Below the pieces are notes generated by a model. That model saw only the letters and a program-made list of their open reading frames with translations, was not told where the DNA came from and made no database searches. A DNA stretch of 64,000 bases. Source: Acidobacteriota bacterium (GTDB taxonomy: Bacteria > Acidobacteriota > Vicinamibacteria > Vicinamibacterales > CAVVIG01). Each line of letters starts with the position of its first letter. Positions within the stretch are counted from its first letter, which is position 1. The stretch lies in NCBI GenBank assembly GCA_003222535.1, contig QHWJ01000224.1:5902-69901 (forward strand), in the 5' to 3' direction. This document shows, piece after piece, positions 26,803 to 35,860 of this stretch. The position numbers and the translations under genes are program-made.

Positions 26803-29087
26803 ATCACGGGTGACGCGTCAGACCGTGACCGAATCCGGTGGAGCTGATCTCGCCCGGCAAGATACGGCTTCGGCCAGGTCTCGCCGCGATATCCGAGTTG
26901 CGCCGCGGCATGCAGCGTCCAATAGGGATCGGCAAGATGGGGCCGCGCGAGGCAGCACAGGTCCGCGCGCCCCGCCATCAGAATCGAGTTCACGTGATCG
27001 GGCTCGTAGATGTTGCCGACGGCCATGGTGACGATGCCGGTCTCATTCCGAATGCGGTCGGAGAAGGGCGTCTGGAACATGCGGCCGTACACCGGCCGCG
27101 CCCGCATCGAGGTCTGTCCAGCGGACACGTTGATGATGTCGACTCCGGCGTCGGCCAGCCGGCGCGCAATCTCGACGGCATCTTCTGGCGTGATGCCCTC
27201 CTCGCCAACCCAGTCGCTGGCGGAAATCCGCACCGAGATGGGCCTGGACAGCGGCCAGACCGCTCGCACGGCATGATAGATCTCGAGGGGAAAGCGCAGA
27301 CGGTTCTCGAGCGAGCCGCCGTAGGCGTCTGTACGGCGGTTGACGAGCGGCGTGATGAACGCCGACAGCAGGTAGCCGTGCGCACAGTGCAGCTCGACGA
27401 GGTCGAATCCGGCGCGAGCGGCCATGTTCGCCGCCCGCGCGAAGTCGTCCCGCACCGTGTCCATGTCGGCGCGGGTCATTTCGCGAGGCACCTGATTGCG
27501 GGGCGACCACGCGACCGGCGACGGCCCGATGACCTGCCAGTTGCCGTCCGGGAGCGGAGCATCCATCGCTTCCCAGCCCAGCTGGGTCGAGCCCTTTGGA
27601 CCTGAATGCCCGAGTTGCATGCCGATCTTGGCGTCGGTCTCCGCGTGGATGAAATCGACGATTCTCTTCCACGCGTCCTCGTGCTCGCGCGCGTACAGGC
27701 CGGTGCAGCCAGGCGTGATTCGAGCCTCGGGCGACACGCATGTCATCTCGGTGATCACCAGTCCGGCCCCGCCTTTGGCACGCTCGCCATAGTGCACCAG
27801 GTGCCAATCGGTGGGGCTGCCATGGATGGCGCGGTATTGATCCATCGGCGACACGACGATCCGATTCTTCAGCCGCAGGTCGCGCAGGCGGAACGGCGTG
27901 AACATCGGCGGGCGCGGCTGCCGCGGCTTCTCTCTGGTCGCCTGCTCCTCGAACCACATCTCGGCGCTCTCGAGCCACGCCTTGTCGCGCGCCCGCAGAT
28001 TCTCGTGGCTGATGCGTTGGGAGCGCGTGAGAAGCGAGTAATTGAATTGCACCGGATCGAGATGAACATAGCGCTCGACCTGCTCGAACCACTCGGTCGA
28101 GTTGCGCGCCGCGCTTTGCAGCCGCAGCACCTCGGTTCTGCGCTCCGCTTCGTAGCGCTGGAACGCCGCCGCCACGTCCGGCTCGGTGTGCAGGTACCCC
28201 GCCAGCGCGATCGCGCTCTCGAGCGCCAGCTTCGTGCCCGACCCGACCGAGAAGTGCGCGGTCGCAGCGGCATCGCCCATCAGCACCAGGTTCTCGTGCG
28301 ACCACCTCTCGCACTGCACGCGATGGAAATTGAGCCACGCCGATCCGCGCACGTGCCCGGCGTTGGTTGCCAGACGATGGCCGCCGAGGTTCCGCGCAAA
28401 GATTCTTTCGCACGCGGCCAGCGTTTCCTCCTGATTCATGGCGTCGAAGCCGGACCGGCGCCAGGTGGCCTCCGAGCACTCGACAATGAAGGTTGCCGTA
28501 TCGGCATCGAACTGGTAGGCATGCGCCCAGATCCAGCCGTGCCCGGTCTCCTCGAAGATGAAGGTGAACGCGTCCTGAAAACGCTGCCGGGTGCCGAGCC
28601 AGATGTACTTGCAGGCCCGCACGTCGATATCCGGCTTGAACACATGAGCCAGGGCGCCGCGAATCTTCGAGTTGGCGCCGTCGGCCGCGACAACCAGGTC
28701 GCAGCCGCGGTAGCTGTCGGCGCTCTCGAGCTCGGTCTCGAACTGCAGGGTGACGCCCAGTGCACGCGCGCGGTCCTGCAGAATGTTGAGGAGGCGCTTG
28801 CGGCCGATGCCGCAAAAGCCGTGGCCCGACGACCGTGTCACGCTGCCGCGGTAGAAGACGGCGATGTCGTCCCAATAGACGAACGCGCGGCGGATCGCTT
28901 CGGCGCTCTCGGGATCGCTGGCCTCGAGATTCACGAGGGTCTCATCCGACAGCACCACGCCCCATCCGAAGGTGTCGTAGGGCCGGTTGCGCTCGATGAC
29001 GACGATCTCGTGGCCGGGCTGGTGCCGCTTCATGGCGATCGCAAAATAGAGCCCGGCCGGTCCTCCGCCGAGACAGGCAATGCGCAT
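26799..29087 (-). CDS. Bifunctional aryl-CoA monooxygenase/reductase (2-aminobenzoyl-CoA or salicylyl-CoA type): FAD monooxygenase fused to an OYE-like NAD(P)H:flavin oxidoreductase
   Basis: The N terminus [19 protein letters not shown] is a GxGxxG FAD fold. The C-terminal half ([20 protein letters not shown]...[17 protein letters not shown]...) belongs to the old-yellow-enzyme family. As far as I recall, this 760-aa two-domain layout is characteristic of anthraniloyl-CoA monooxygenase. Confidence 0.8.
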   Translation of the reverse strand: MRIACLGGGPAGLYFAIAMKRHQPGHEIVVIERNRPYDTFGWGVVLSDETLVNLEASDPESAEAIRRAFVYWDDIAVFYRGSVTRSSGHGFCGIGRKRLLNILQDRARALGVTLQFETELESADSYRGCDLVVAADGANSKIRGALAHVFKPDIDVRACKYIWLGTRQRFQDAFTFIFEETGHGWIWAHAYQFDADTATFIVECSEATWRRSGFDAMNQEETLAACERIFARNLGGHRLATNAGHVRGSAWLNFHRVQCERWSHENLVLMGDAAATAHFSVGSGTKLALESAIALAGYLHTEPDVAAAFQRYEAERRTEVLRLQSAARNSTEWFEQVERYVHLDPVQFNYSLLTRSQRISHENLRARDKAWLESAEMWFEEQATREKPRQPRPPMFTPFRLRDLRLKNRIVVSPMDQYRAIHGSPTDWHLVHYGERAKGGAGLVITEMTCVSPEARITPGCTGLYAREHEDAWKRIVDFIHAETDAKIGMQLGHSGPKGSTQLGWEAMDAPLPDGNWQVIGPSPVAWSPRNQVPREMTRADMDTVRDDFARAANMAARAGFDLVELHCAHGYLLSAFITPLVNRRTDAYGGSLENRLRFPLEIYHAVRAVWPLSRPISVRISASDWVGEEGITPEDAVEIARRLADAGVDIINVSAGQTSMRARPVYGRMFQTPFSDRIRNETGIVTMAVGNIYEPDHVNSILMAGRADLCCLARPHLADPYWTLHAAAQLGYRGETWPKPYLAGRDQLHRIRSRSDASPVI

Positions 29088-29382
29088 ATCAGCCTCTGGT
29101 CACGAAGATTCGCTGCGCCCCGCAGACGCGTGACTCGGCGGTTTGATGCGACGCTTCGTTTGCAATCCCGCCGTACAGCAGCAAGGCCCGTTTTCACGGG
29201 CCTTGTTGCCGATGTTATCTCACTCACGTCATCAGAACAGCAGCTTGGCTCCAATCTGGATTTGCCGCGAGCCGAGGCTGGTGCTCGTGATCACACCGAA
29301 GCCAGAACTACCCTCCTCGAGGGCCCTGGGGGTAAGCTCGGCGGCACGGGTACATCGGGCTGACCAGAAAGGCAAACCTAGC

Positions 29383-31857
29383 GTGCCACACCATCTCACC
29401 TCGAAGACTCTGCTCAGCCGCACCGGACGATTGCTTGCCGGGCTCCTTCTTGCCGGCTTCCCCGCGTGTTTGCCATCGGCTCGTCTCACCGCTGGCATCG
29501 TTTCCGAGAAACCTGAACACGCTCCGGATTCAGGAGCCCATGAGCCGTTACTCACACGGGCTCCTCGTCCGAGTCAGGCTGTCGAACGGAAGCCACGCGC
29601 GGCGTCGCCGACTCGGCGGGGGCCGGCCCCCCGGGTTTTTCACGTCGAAGAATCGACGATCGTGGACGTGCACCGCGCCATCCAGCAAGGAGAGACGACC
29701 TGCAAAGGGATCGTGCAGGCGTATATCGAGCGCGCACGGGCCTACAACGGATCGTGCACTCAGCTCGTCACGCGTGACGGCGCGTCCATCGCGGCGAGAG
29801 CCGGTGCCGTGCGCGCGGGATCGGCCACGTCGTTTCCTTCGTCGACCACGGCGATCGGATCGGTGTTGCCGGGGTTCGACGAGTACGCGGGCCCGCCTAT
29901 CGACTTCGGGCGTCTGGAAGCCACGATCTCGGATCCGACCGTCTACCAGCAGTACGGCATGGTCGTCGGCATCCACAACGCCGGCCAGATCAACGCTCTG
30001 AGCACACTCAACATTCGCGGTGAGCGGTCGGTGTCCTGCAAGGCGCTGTGCGACGCTCCGCCCGCGTCGGGGCCGATCCCGGCGAGCTGTCCGAAGGCGT
30101 GCGACGATTTTCGGAAGCAGCCCGACGCGCTCGAGTACGCCGCCGCGCTCGACGCGAAGTACGGCCGGCATCCGGATTTGAAGGCGATGCCAATGTACTG
30201 CGTCGCGTTCTCGTTCAAGGACGTGTACGACACGGCCGATATGCGTTCGACCGGAGGAGGCGACGTCAACTATTCGATGGACGTACCGCCGCAGGATGCG
30301 ACCGTTGTCGCCGAGCTGCGCGCCAAAGGCGCCATCATCTACGCGAAGGCGAATCTCGCCGAGTACAACGCGGGCAGCGGCGATCCCGGCGGCGCGGCGA
30401 AGGTCGCCGCGCGCGACTACGGAGCGGGCGCCCGCAGCACGTGGGGCGGCACCGCCTGCAACCCGTACGACACGGCGCGCGAGACGGGCGGGTCCAGCTC
30501 CGGATCGGCCGCTTCGGTCGCGGCGAACCTGGTCCACTGCTCGATCTGCGAGGAGACCGGCGGCTCCTGCCGCCAGCCGGCGTGGCGCAACGACGTGGTC
30601 GCGCTCGTGACGACGAAGGGGCTGATTCCGTACGGCGGCGCGATCGGCGCCGACCCATATCTGGATCGAGCTGGCATCCAGTGTCGAACCGTCCAAGACG
30701 CAGCCCGGGTGCTCGATGCGTTGAAGGATCCCGGGCGCGGCTACTTCGATCCCCGCGACATTTATACGGCGTTGCCGAAGGGGCTGATTGCGCAAAAGCC
30801 GTACGCGTCGTTTGCGGACACAGCCGGCACGGGCATCAAGACGGGCAAAACGCTCGCCGGTACGCGCATCGGCATCGTGCGCGAGTACATGGTCAAACAC
30901 GCGGCGAACGACGCGGCCATGAGCGATCAGGTCAACGCGGAAATCAAGAAGGTCCTGCGAGATCGGCTCGGGGCCGAGCTCGTGGAATCGTTCGATCCGA
31001 TGTATCTCGACGACCCGTCGATTCCGAACATGACCTACAACTTCCAGCAGGCGCTCGCCGAGATTCTCCCGTTCCATATGCCCGAGTACTTGCAACGACC
31101 CGGCCGCGACGCCACACTTCCCTACGCGGTGCCCGGCGCCGACGTCACCCGGCGCGACTACATGGTGAAGGTGGGCGAAGGCCAGGCGCCGTGGCCGGAC
31201 AAGCTGAACATCCGCAGCGTGAACAACGGACCGCCCTCCGCGAGTTTCGCGTTCAACTTCGCCCAGTACCTGCTCCGCCGCGGCGACGCGCGCGTCAGAG
31301 ACTGGGCCAGCCTGAACGCGAACGCCACGTATTACAGCGCGACCCGCGTGGCGGCGATGAAGAACTGGGAGAACAAGGTCGACCTCGCATCCGACGGGAT
31401 CACCCAGAACATCAAGATGCGCGAGGTCATGCGGCTCGTGATTCTCAAGGTCATGCGGCAGAACAACATCGACGTCTTCGTCAACCCGACGACGACGATC
31501 CCGCCTGCGCGAATCGGCTACGCGAGCCAGCCGGCGGTCAACGATCGGCCGGTCGGCCGATTCCCGACGAGCGCGAACGTGGGCATCCCCGAGATCGCGG
31601 TACCCGCCGGGTTCAACACGATCGTCTACGAGCCCGAGTACGTGCTGAACACCGCGAGGAACAACTATGCCGCGGCGGCCAATGACGATCGGCGATCGAC
31701 GCTCGAGTTGCCGCTGCCGGTGGGCATCTCTTTCTGGGCCGGGCCAGGCGACGAAGGTGTCGTCATCAAGGTCGCCGCGGCCTACGAGGCGGCCACGAGA
31801 CATCGGACGGCGCCTCCGACATTCGGGGCCGTGTCGCACAAGAAGGGGGAGCGCTGA
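29383..31857 (+). CDS. Secreted amidase-signature (AS) family amidase with a long C-terminal extension
   Basis: The ORF track gives 29143..31857. I prefer the in-frame GTG at 29383, which gives VPHHLTSKTLLSRTGRLLAGLLLAGFPACLPSA (signal-like). The AS triad context is AFSFKDVYDT (Lys), GGSSSGSAASVAA (cis-Ser) and ETGGSCRQPA (nucleophile Ser). Confidence 0.8.
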   Translation: MPHHLTSKTLLSRTGRLLAGLLLAGFPACLPSARLTAGIVSEKPEHAPDSGAHEPLLTRAPRPSQAVERKPRAASPTRRGPAPRVFHVEESTIVDVHRAIQQGETTCKGIVQAYIERARAYNGSCTQLVTRDGASIAARAGAVRAGSATSFPSSTTAIGSVLPGFDEYAGPPIDFGRLEATISDPTVYQQYGMVVGIHNAGQINALSTLNIRGERSVSCKALCDAPPASGPIPASCPKACDDFRKQPDALEYAAALDAKYGRHPDLKAMPMYCVAFSFKDVYDTADMRSTGGGDVNYSMDVPPQDATVVAELRAKGAIIYAKANLAEYNAGSGDPGGAAKVAARDYGAGARSTWGGTACNPYDTARETGGSSSGSAASVAANLVHCSICEETGGSCRQPAWRNDVVALVTTKGLIPYGGAIGADPYLDRAGIQCRTVQDAARVLDALKDPGRGYFDPRDIYTALPKGLIAQKPYASFADTAGTGIKTGKTLAGTRIGIVREYMVKHAANDAAMSDQVNAEIKKVLRDRLGAELVESFDPMYLDDPSIPNMTYNFQQALAEILPFHMPEYLQRPGRDATLPYAVPGADVTRRDYMVKVGEGQAPWPDKLNIRSVNNGPPSASFAFNFAQYLLRRGDARVRDWASLNANATYYSATRVAAMKNWENKVDLASDGITQNIKMREVMRLVILKVMRQNNIDVFVNPTTTIPPARIGYASQPAVNDRPVGRFPTSANVGIPEIAVPAGFNTIVYEPEYVLNTARNNYAAAANDDRRSTLELPLPVGISFWAGPGDEGVVIKVAAAYEAATRHRTAPPTFGAVSHKKGER

Positions 31858-31864
31858 ACACGCT

Positions 31865-32557
31865 CTAGCGCACGCTGTTGTGTAAGAACGAAACGACCTC
31901 CGGCCAAATCTGCTCCGCGAGCGCGGCGTTCAGCGTTCCCAACGCGTTATGCGGTCCCATGAAGGCGTGGCCGGTGCCGGGGTGCACGGTCAACGTCACG
32001 TGCTTCCCCATGTTCCTCAGCCTGGCTTCTAGGGCACGCGCGGCGGCGGGCGCGAAGAATGTGTCGTGCTCGGCCATATGCCCGCTGATCGACGCGGTCA
32101 TCTTCGACCAGTCCGGTTCCATCTCGCCCTGGGGAAATCCATAGAACGGGACCATCGCTTTGACCTTGTCGGGACGATTGGCGGCGATGAGGAACGCGAG
32201 CATCCCGCCCATGCAGAACCCTACGACACCGATGCCATCGCTGGTGACCGCGTCGTGGCTGGAGAGATAGTCGACGGCTGCGCTCATGTCGCGGGCCGCG
32301 CGCGCAGGCGGAAGGCTCTGCATCAGCCGCGAGGCTTTGTCCATCTCATCGTGCGCGGCGAGCTCGCCGTGGTAGAGATCGGGCGCCAGCGCCACGAACC
32401 CGGCGGCGCCAAGGCGATCGGTCGTCTGCTTGATTCCGGAATCGAGGCCCCACCATTCCTGGATCACCAGGACTCCGGGACCCGAACCACCTGGGGGCTT
32501 CACGAGATATCCCGACGCCGGATGTCCATTGCTCGGGAAGTCGACGATTTCAGCCAT
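31865..32557 (-). CDS. Dienelactone hydrolase family protein
   Basis: The ATG at 32557 gives MAEIVDFPSNGHPASGYLVKPPGGSGPGVLVIQEWWGL. The nucleophile elbow is GVVGFCMGG and a C-terminal GTGHAF is present. Confidence 0.85.
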   Translation of the reverse strand: MAEIVDFPSNGHPASGYLVKPPGGSGPGVLVIQEWWGLDSGIKQTTDRLGAAGFVALAPDLYHGELAAHDEMDKASRLMQSLPPARAARDMSAAVDYLSSHDAVTSDGIGVVGFCMGGMLAFLIAANRPDKVKAMVPFYGFPQGEMEPDWSKMTASISGHMAEHDTFFAPAAARALEARLRNMGKHVTLTVHPGTGHAFMGPHNALGTLNAALAEQIWPEVVSFLHNSVR

Positions 32558-32749
32558 GAGCGGAATAATACACGGACTCTTCGAGGTCGAAGACACAGTC
32601 CGGCACGACCCGTGCACTGTCCGCTGATGGCAGCGGCTTTTCGGGAAAATCTCCAGAGACAGGGCTGAAGGCAGTGCCACTTTCGTGCGTGTGCCTCCAA
32701 GTCTGTCGCTGGGTCTGTACAAAACGCGTCTTCAATCTCGGGAGGTTCC

Positions 32750-33199
32750 ATGTTCGCTCTTCGAATGTCGGGCGGCGTCCTCACGTTGATTCTTGCGGCC
32801 ACGCCGTCGCTGGCCCAGCAGCCTTCCCCCGCCGGCCACGTCAAGATTGTTTCCGGATCCGCTTTCATCGTGCGCCAGAACGCGACGGTTCCGGCACGGG
32901 CGGGAGAGCCCGTCTTCGCGACCGACGCTCTCCGAACCGGTGCCGATGGAACCGTCGGCGTCACGCTGAACGATGACACCCGGCTCTCACTTGGTTCGAA
33001 CAGCGAGGTGCGCCTCGAGCGCTACGTGTACGCGCCCGGCGAGGGCGCTTTCGGGATGGCTCTGAACTTCGTTCGCGGTGTCGCGGCGTACGTGTCGGGC
33101 CGCATGGCGAAGCTCGCTCCCGACTCGATCCACCTCGAAACGCCGGCCGCGATCGTCGGCGTCCGCGGTACGACCGTCGCCGTCCGCGTCGAGCCGTAG
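32750..33199 (+). CDS. Secreted FecR-domain protein
   Basis: GGAGG lies 5 nt upstream of the start. The signal peptide is MFALRMSGGVLTLILAATPSLAQ. The FecR-like core is VKIVSGSAFIVRQNATVPARAGEPVFATDALRTGADGTVGVTLNDDTRLSLGSNSEV. Confidence 0.8.
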   Translation: MFALRMSGGVLTLILAATPSLAQQPSPAGHVKIVSGSAFIVRQNATVPARAGEPVFATDALRTGADGTVGVTLNDDTRLSLGSNSEVRLERYVYAPGEGAFGMALNFVRGVAAYVSGRMAKLAPDSIHLETPAAIVGVRGTTVAVRVEP

Positions 33200-33224
33200 C
33201 CGCCCTCCGGAACGAACGAGACGC

Positions 33225-33869
33225 ATGTCGACCGCGAGACCATCGGCGCTCCTTGTGACGATCGCCGTGGTCCTGGCGGCCGGGTGCGGTCCTAAACGTG
33301 TCGCGCAACCGACGCAGCCGGCGCGCCCGGCGCCGCCGACCTTGATCGTGTTGCTGCCGGACCCGGAAAGCGGCGTAACCGGACGGGCTCGCGTCTCCAA
33401 CGAGTTTGGATCCGCGGACCTGGCCGTTCCACGCGCCGCGACGCGCGTCATGGAGGGCCCTCCCGGACCTGTCAGTGCAATGAGCGAAGCCGACGTGAAA
33501 CGGTTGTTTGGTGACGCGTTGGCTGCCCTGCCGCCGGCACCGCGTCACTTCACGCTGCATTTCCGGTTCGAGTCCGACGCGCTGACCGACGAATCGACCG
33601 CGCTCGTCCCCGAGATCCTCAGAACGGTCAAGGGGCTTTCGGTTCCGGAGGTCGTTGTCGTCGGGCATACCGACACGATGGGTGATTCCAGCGCGAACCT
33701 TGCGCTGGGTCTGAAGCGGGCAATCAGTGTCCGCGCCGTTCTCGTCAAGGCAGGCCTCCCCCCGTCGACCATCGAAGCGACCTCCCACGGTGAGGCCGAC
33801 CTGCTCGTCAGGACTCCCGACAACATTCCGGAGCCGCGCAACCGCCGTGTCGAGATCACGGTGAGGTAA
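33225..33869 (+). CDS. OmpA-family lipoprotein (peptidoglycan-binding OmpA C-terminal domain)
   Basis: The ATG at 33225 gives MSTARPSALLVTIAVVLAAGC, with lipobox LAAGC. The OmpA_C motifs are VVVVGHTDTMGDSSANLALGLKRAISVRAVL and NRRVEITV. Confidence 0.85.
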   Translation: MSTARPSALLVTIAVVLAAGCGPKRVAQPTQPARPAPPTLIVLLPDPESGVTGRARVSNEFGSADLAVPRAATRVMEGPPGPVSAMSEADVKRLFGDALAALPPAPRHFTLHFRFESDALTDESTALVPEILRTVKGLSVPEVVVVGHTDTMGDSSANLALGLKRAISVRAVLVKAGLPPSTIEATSHGEADLLVRTPDNIPEPRNRRVEITVR

Positions 33870-33876
33870 CCGCACG

Positions 33877-35838
33877 TTGCCGGGAGCGCACGGCGCGCCA
33901 CGCCGCCGTCTGGTTTTTCTGTGTGGCGTCGTCCCCGTGCTGGCCGCAGCCGTGCTCGGAGTCTTGCGGCCGACGTCTCTCGCCCGCCTCGACGACTCGG
34001 TTTACGACATCCTGCTGCGATCGACTCCCACCAAAGGGCCTCGCCAGAACGTCGTCATTGTCGACGTGGACGATCGGAGCTTGTCGACGATCGGTCAATG
34101 GCCGTGGCGCCGCGACGTCGTCGGCAAATTGATCACTCGCCTCCGGAACGCGGGGGCATCGGTGATTGCGCTCGACATCATTTTCGCCGAATCCGATCGG
34201 TATGGTCAGCCTGGAGACTCCGAAGAGCGGTCGCCCGGACGGACAGCGACGACGCCGGATGCAGCGCTGGCCGGAGCGCTTCACGAGGGTCGCGTCGTCC
34301 TGGGCTACGGGCTCACCTTCGACGCGGCACCGCGCCCGCAACGTCCGTGCGTGCTGCGTCCGGTCGGCATCGTCGTCGTTCAGCCTCCCGATGAGAGGGG
34401 ATACGAGCCCCTGTTTCACGCGACGGGTGCCGTGTGCAACCTGCCGGTGCTGGCCGGAGCCACCGCCGCCTCGGGTTTTCTGAATGCGGCTCCCGACTCT
34501 GACGGCATCCTCAGACGGGTACCGCTGCTCGCCGAGCTCGACGGCCGCGTCTATCCGGGGCTCGCGCTCGCGGCGGTCGTCGCCGCCACAGGCTCACGCG
34601 ACATGGAACTGCGGATCGCCAACGTGAATGCCTCCACGCTGACGATGGACAACCGGACCGTGCCGGTCGATGGCAAAGGCAATCTGCTGCTGCGTTACCG
34701 GGGGAAGAAACGAGCGTTTCCGTACCTCTCGGCGGCGGATGTTCTGACAGACCAGGTCCCCGTGGGGGCGTTGCGCGGCAAGATCGTGTTTGTCGGCACA
34801 ACCGCGCTCGGCATGCGTGAGGTGGTTGCAACGCCGCTCGACACGTTGTTCGCGGGTGTGGAAGTACAGGCCACGGTCGCCGATAACCTCCTGGAGCAGG
34901 ACTTCATCCGTCGATCCGCGATCGCAGGAATCCTGGGAACCCTGGTCGTGCTCGTTCTGGGCATCGCGATCGCGGTACTGGTCGCAGGAATTGGCATCGC
35001 TTCGGGGCTGATCGGCGCGGCCGCGAGCGTCGCCGCGCTCTGGTGGGGAACCGTGTGGCTGCTTTCGACCAGCGGCGTGTTCATATCGCCGCTGTCCCCG
35101 ACGATAGGCGTTCTGGGCGCTCTCGCCGTCATGACGCTCGCGAAGTTCACGGTCGAGCGCGGACGAGCAGACGACGCCAGTCGCGAAAAGACCGCCGCCC
35201 AGCGTTTGATGGTGCAGGCGCTCCTGTCCCTCACGGAAGTCAGGGACGCCGAGACCGGCCGTCATTCGCGCCGAACCCAGCACTACGCCCGGCTGCTCGC
35301 GGAGCAACTCGCCACGCAGCCTGACTTCCGCGCCCACCTCACGCGCGAACGGATCGATCTGCTCTCGACGCTGGCGCCTCTGCACGACATCGGTAAGGTG
35401 GGAGTCCCTGATCACGTGCTCAACAAGCCCGGGGCGCTTACATCGGAGGAGCTCGCGCAAATGCGGAAACATCCCGCTCTCGGCCGGGACGTCATCCTCA
35501 AGGCCGAAGCGCGCGTCGGCGTGCGCGACGATGCCACGCTCGAGATGGCGAAGGACATCGTCTATACGCATCACGAGCGTTGGGACGGAGCCGGATACCC
35601 GCAGGGCCTGCGCGGCACGGCGATTCCGGTCGCGGGCCGGGTGATGGCGCTCGTCGACGTGTACGATGCCGTTCGCGCCCGGACGTTGTATCGCAAGTGC
35701 CTGTCGCACGACGACACCGTCGAGTTCATCGTCGGCGGTAAGGGCACACATTTCGACCCGGCCGTCGTCGACGCGTTCCTGAGCGTCGCGGCTCTTTTCG
35801 AGAGCGCATCGGACGATGCGAGCGCGGACGCACAGTAA
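33877..35838 (+). CDS. CHASE2 sensor domain fused to transmembrane segments and an HD-GYP phosphodiesterase
   Basis: CHASE2 is indicated by VVIVDVDDRSLSTIGQWPWRRDVVGKLITRLRNAGASVIALDIIFAE. Three to four transmembrane helices follow (ILGTLVVLVLGIAIAVLVAGIGIASGLIGAAASVAALWWGTVWLL...). HD-GYP is indicated by HSRRTQ, LHDIGKVGVP and HHERWDGAGYPQGL. Confidence 0.85.
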   Translation: MPGAHGAPRRRLVFLCGVVPVLAAAVLGVLRPTSLARLDDSVYDILLRSTPTKGPRQNVVIVDVDDRSLSTIGQWPWRRDVVGKLITRLRNAGASVIALDIIFAESDRYGQPGDSEERSPGRTATTPDAALAGALHEGRVVLGYGLTFDAAPRPQRPCVLRPVGIVVVQPPDERGYEPLFHATGAVCNLPVLAGATAASGFLNAAPDSDGILRRVPLLAELDGRVYPGLALAAVVAATGSRDMELRIANVNASTLTMDNRTVPVDGKGNLLLRYRGKKRAFPYLSAADVLTDQVPVGALRGKIVFVGTTALGMREVVATPLDTLFAGVEVQATVADNLLEQDFIRRSAIAGILGTLVVLVLGIAIAVLVAGIGIASGLIGAAASVAALWWGTVWLLSTSGVFISPLSPTIGVLGALAVMTLAKFTVERGRADDASREKTAAQRLMVQALLSLTEVRDAETGRHSRRTQHYARLLAEQLATQPDFRAHLTRERIDLLSTLAPLHDIGKVGVPDHVLNKPGALTSEELAQMRKHPALGRDVILKAEARVGVRDDATLEMAKDIVYTHHERWDGAGYPQGLRGTAIPVAGRVMALVDVYDAVRARTLYRKCLSHDDTVEFIVGGKGTHFDPAVVDAFLSVAALFESASDDASADAQ

Positions 35839-35860
35839 TCGCGTCGAAGCCGCGTCACAC

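Noticed and set aside
27043-29363. ORFs of 610 aa (minus strand) and 585 aa (plus strand) overlapping the monooxygenase/reductase gene.
   Set aside because: The 26799-29087 frame has the FAD GxGxxG fold and OYE motifs. The others are Arg/Pro-rich shadow frames.
29548-31839. 763-aa minus-strand ORF covering the whole amidase gene, plus the alternative-frame ORF 30048-31685.
   Set aside because: The plus-strand frame carries the complete amidase-signature triad (K, GGSSSGS, TGGS). The antisense product is low-complexity and Arg-rich.
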